DNA of 64,000 nt, from NCBI GenBank assembly GCA_963664405.1, contig OY761158.1, forward strand, positions 384,001-448,000. Reading direction: 5' to 3'. The notes under the pieces were generated by a model, which was not told the origin of the DNA, searched no databases, and was given only the letters and a program-made list of their open reading frames with translations. Numbering within the stretch: position 1 is the first letter of the stretch; each line of letters starts with the position of its first letter. Below, piece by piece: positions 61,462 to 64,000 of this stretch. The stretch comes from Thermoanaerobaculia bacterium (lineage in GTDB: Bacteria; Acidobacteriota; Thermoanaerobaculia; Multivoradales; Multivoraceae). The position numbers and the translations under genes are program-made.

Positions 61462-62628
61462 TCAACCGACGGTGGGCTCAGCGCGGCCACCCGAGAGTCC
61501 GGCCAACGCACCCTCGAGCTCCTCCAAGACCCCCCCATCGGCCTCCTCGGTCAGGGCCTTGCTCAGAGCCGTCCGGGCTTCTTCGCCTCCGATCCGGCCG
61601 AGTGCCCAGGCCGCATGACCCCTCAGCACCGGCTCCTCCTCGAGGAAAAGGAGATCCGATAGCGCCGGTACGTACTCGCGGCGACGGCGATTCCCCATCA
61701 CAACAGTAGCGTTGCGCTTCAAGCCTGCCAGTTTGGCACGCTTGATCGGGCTACGGCGGAAGATCTCGACATAGTCGTCGCGTGACAGCCGGAGAATATC
61801 GACCAGACCCAAGTGTCGTCTCCGCTCAGGAATAGCGAAACTCGCTTCCCTAGCCGGCGTTGGCTCAGCGTTCCACGGGCAGACCTCCTGGCAGACATCG
61901 CAGCCAAAGACCCATTCCTCGACCCACTTCCTTGCCGGCAGTGGAAAAGGCCCCCGATGTTCGATGTTCCAGTAACTAATGCAGCGGCGGCTATCGAGCT
62001 GGTACGGAGCCACGAAGGCATCGGTGGGGCAAGCCTCGAGACAGGCCGTGCAAGAGCCACACATATCCGCGAGCGGCACATCCGGAGCGAGCTCGAGGCT
62101 GGTGAAGATCTCTCCCAGAAGAAAGTAGGAACCGCCTTCCGGATGGAGGAGATTGGTGTTCTTACCCACCGCACCCAGTCCAGCTCGGGCGGCCAGCTCA
62201 CGCTCGAGCACCGGCCCCGTATCGACGTAGCGACGCGTAATCGCATCGGGAAGGGCCTCCTGAATGCGCTCCTCGAGCAGAGCCAGACGACCTATCATCG
62301 TCTCGTGGTAGTCGTCGCCACGAGCGTAGCGAGCCACCCCCGGCCAAAGATCTCCACTTCCCTCCGCGTCCTCCATCGGCGCATATTGCAGAGCAACACA
62401 CAGCACGCTCCGCGCACCGGGGAAGATCCGACTGCCGTCGAGCCGCTCCTCCATCTTGCGCTCCATGTACCGCATCCCTGCGTGTCGCCCCGCCGACAGC
62501 CACTCGCGCAAAGAATCTCCGTGGGCTGAAGGCGCGAGCTCGCCCACACCCGCACGATCGAAGCCGCACTCCAAGGCCCATCGTTTGAAGACCTCCGCGC
62601 TCACGAGCGGTGAGGAGTCGGTCGTCAC
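61462..62628 (-). CDS. queG: tRNA epoxyqueuosine reductase
   Basis: ARYARGDDYH, VDTGPVLER, CGSCTACLEACP, FGCDVCQEVCPWN. Confidence 0.96.
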   Translation of the reverse strand: MTTDSSPLVSAEVFKRWALECGFDRAGVGELAPSAHGDSLREWLSAGRHAGMRYMERKMEERLDGSRIFPGARSVLCVALQYAPMEDAEGSGDLWPGVARYARGDDYHETMIGRLALLEERIQEALPDAITRRYVDTGPVLERELAARAGLGAVGKNTNLLHPEGGSYFLLGEIFTSLELAPDVPLADMCGSCTACLEACPTDAFVAPYQLDSRRCISYWNIEHRGPFPLPARKWVEEWVFGCDVCQEVCPWNAEPTPAREASFAIPERRRHLGLVDILRLSRDDYVEIFRRSPIKRAKLAGLKRNATVVMGNRRRREYVPALSDLLFLEEEPVLRGHAAWALGRIGGEEARTALSKALTEEADGGVLEELEGALAGLSGGRAEPTVG

Positions 62629-63125
62629 CGCCCCGGCCCGCAGCGGTCCAGCACCAGCCAGGAGAACGCGTAGGGGTTCTTCCCATCGGCCTCGAAGTCG
62701 GTACGCTCCATCTGGCGCCAGTTTTCGGACGAAAAGTCCGGGAAGCGGGTATCTCCTTCGACATCCGCGTGGACTCGGGTCATATACATGCGATCGGCCA
62801 ACTCGAGAGCGAGAAGGTAGATCTCTCCCCCACCAACGAAAAAGAGCTCGTCCTCCCCAGCCTCTTCAGCGATCTCGAGGGCTTCGGCAAAAGAACCTGC
62901 CCGCAATACACCTTCGGGCAGCTCCGCCTGGCCTCGAGTGAGCACGATGGTGGTACGCCCCGGCAGCACCCCCATCGAGTCGAAGTTCTTGCGCCCCGTG
63001 ACCATGTGGTGCCCCAAGGTCAAGCTCTTGAAGTGACGCAGATCGGCCGAAAGGCGCCAAGGCATGTCGTTGTCGACGCCGATGATTCCGTTGGCTGCAA
63101 CCGCGGCGATGATGGAAAGCCTCAT
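62625..63125 (-). CDS. folA: Dihydrofolate reductase
   Basis: IG..NDMPW..DLRHFK, GRK, LPGR, GGGEIY, GDTRFP. Confidence 0.96.
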   Translation of the reverse strand: MRLSIIAAVAANGIIGVDNDMPWRLSADLRHFKSLTLGHHMVTGRKNFDSMGVLPGRTTIVLTRGQAELPEGVLRAGSFAEALEIAEEAGEDELFFVGGGEIYLLALELADRMYMTRVHADVEGDTRFPDFSSENWRQMERTDFEADGKNPYAFSWLVLDRCGPGR

Positions 63126-63916
63126 ACCGCAATCGGAGCCGAGATCGCCTCGTGCGGCTCGTAGCCCTCGAGATCGAGACTCTCGTAGCGAAAGTCGAAG
63201 AGCTCGTCCACCGACGGATCGAGCCTCAGCCTCGGAAGCGCTCGGGGAGCCCGCTCGAGCTGGGCTCTGGCCTGGTCGAGATGGTTGAGATAGAGGTGGG
63301 CGTCTCCGAAAGAGTGAACGAAGTCGCCAGCGCCAAGATCGCAGACCTGGGCAATCATATGCGTCAGTAGCGCGTAGGACGCAATATTGAAGGGTACGCC
63401 CAAAAAGATATCGGCGCTACGTTGATAGAGGTGACACGAGAGCTTTCCGTCCGCCACGTAGAACTGAAAAAGGGCGTGACAGGGAGCCAACGCCATCTTG
63501 GGAAGATCGCCGACGTTCCAGGCCGAGATCACGTGCCGTCGTGAGTAGGGGTCGCGCCGGATCGCCTCCACCAGTTCTGCCAGCTGATCCACGGTCCCAC
63601 CATCGGCGGTCGGCCAAGCGCGCCACTGCCTTCCATAGAGAGGGCCCACCTCGCCGCTCTCGTCCGCCCAATCGTCCCATATCTTGACTCGGTTCTCGGT
63701 CAGATAGGCGATGTTGGTCTCACCCCGAAGAAACCACAGCAGCTCGTGAAAGATGCCGGGCACGTACAATTTCTTCGTTGTGAGCAAAGGAAACCCCTCG
63801 CTCAAATCAACCCGTAACTGATAGCCGAAAACACTGCGAGTACCAACGCCGGTACGGTCCGATCTCTCCACACCTGTCTCCAAGACGTGCTCAAGGAGAT
63901 CGAGATAGCTCTGCAT
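63122..63916 (-). CDS. thyA: Thymidylate synthase
   Basis: DRTGVGT, FPLLTTK, LAPCH, YQRSAD..GVPFN. Confidence 0.98.
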   Translation of the reverse strand: MQSYLDLLEHVLETGVERSDRTGVGTRSVFGYQLRVDLSEGFPLLTTKKLYVPGIFHELLWFLRGETNIAYLTENRVKIWDDWADESGEVGPLYGRQWRAWPTADGGTVDQLAELVEAIRRDPYSRRHVISAWNVGDLPKMALAPCHALFQFYVADGKLSCHLYQRSADIFLGVPFNIASYALLTHMIAQVCDLGAGDFVHSFGDAHLYLNHLDQARAQLERAPRALPRLRLDPSVDELFDFRYESLDLEGYEPHEAISAPIAV

Positions 63917-64000
63917 CGGCGGGGCCTAGTCTACTCCGTCACGAGGCGACCGGCTGGCCTCTTGGTCGATGACCACAGTCCACTACAATGCGCCCCAGAA

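Noticed and set aside
1-64000. CRISPR array, rRNA, tRNA (including selC)
   Set aside because: No regularly spaced repeats or recognisable stable-RNA sequence seen by eye

Overview
High-GC bacterial window. Gene content and order (M23 peptidase-secA, rpsA-HU-yicC-gmk-rpoZ-coaBC, YfhO/sulfatase/SGNH envelope genes) suggest Acidobacteriota; this is an inference. (1) 0-7.3 kb: an amino-acid symporter and a beta-propeller gene, then a compact selenium operon: secreted transglutaminase-like protein, selD/senC carrying an in-frame UGA plus a SECIS hairpin (a selenoprotein the ORF track splits), senA and senB (selenoneine-type pathway). (2) 7.4-29.4 kb: a dense nest of mobile elements whose ends and target duplications can mostly be read directly. 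It holds two inverted rve-type IS copies around a nitroreductase/ferredoxin module, an ISAzo13 interrupted by a four-gene IS21, an IS1182 in a YfhO gene, an ISNCY-type element with an IS110 bridge-recombinase element inserted at its end, MITEs and an HUH (RAYT-like) transposase. The IS110 non-coding end contains 7-mers matching its own target and donor junctions. (3) 29.5-64 kb: mostly ordinary genes (comM, secA, guaB, coaBC, rpoZ, gmk, rpsA, queG, folA, thyA), plus a frameshifted MscS-FHA/pseudokinase pair and a 167-bp fully palindromic element.
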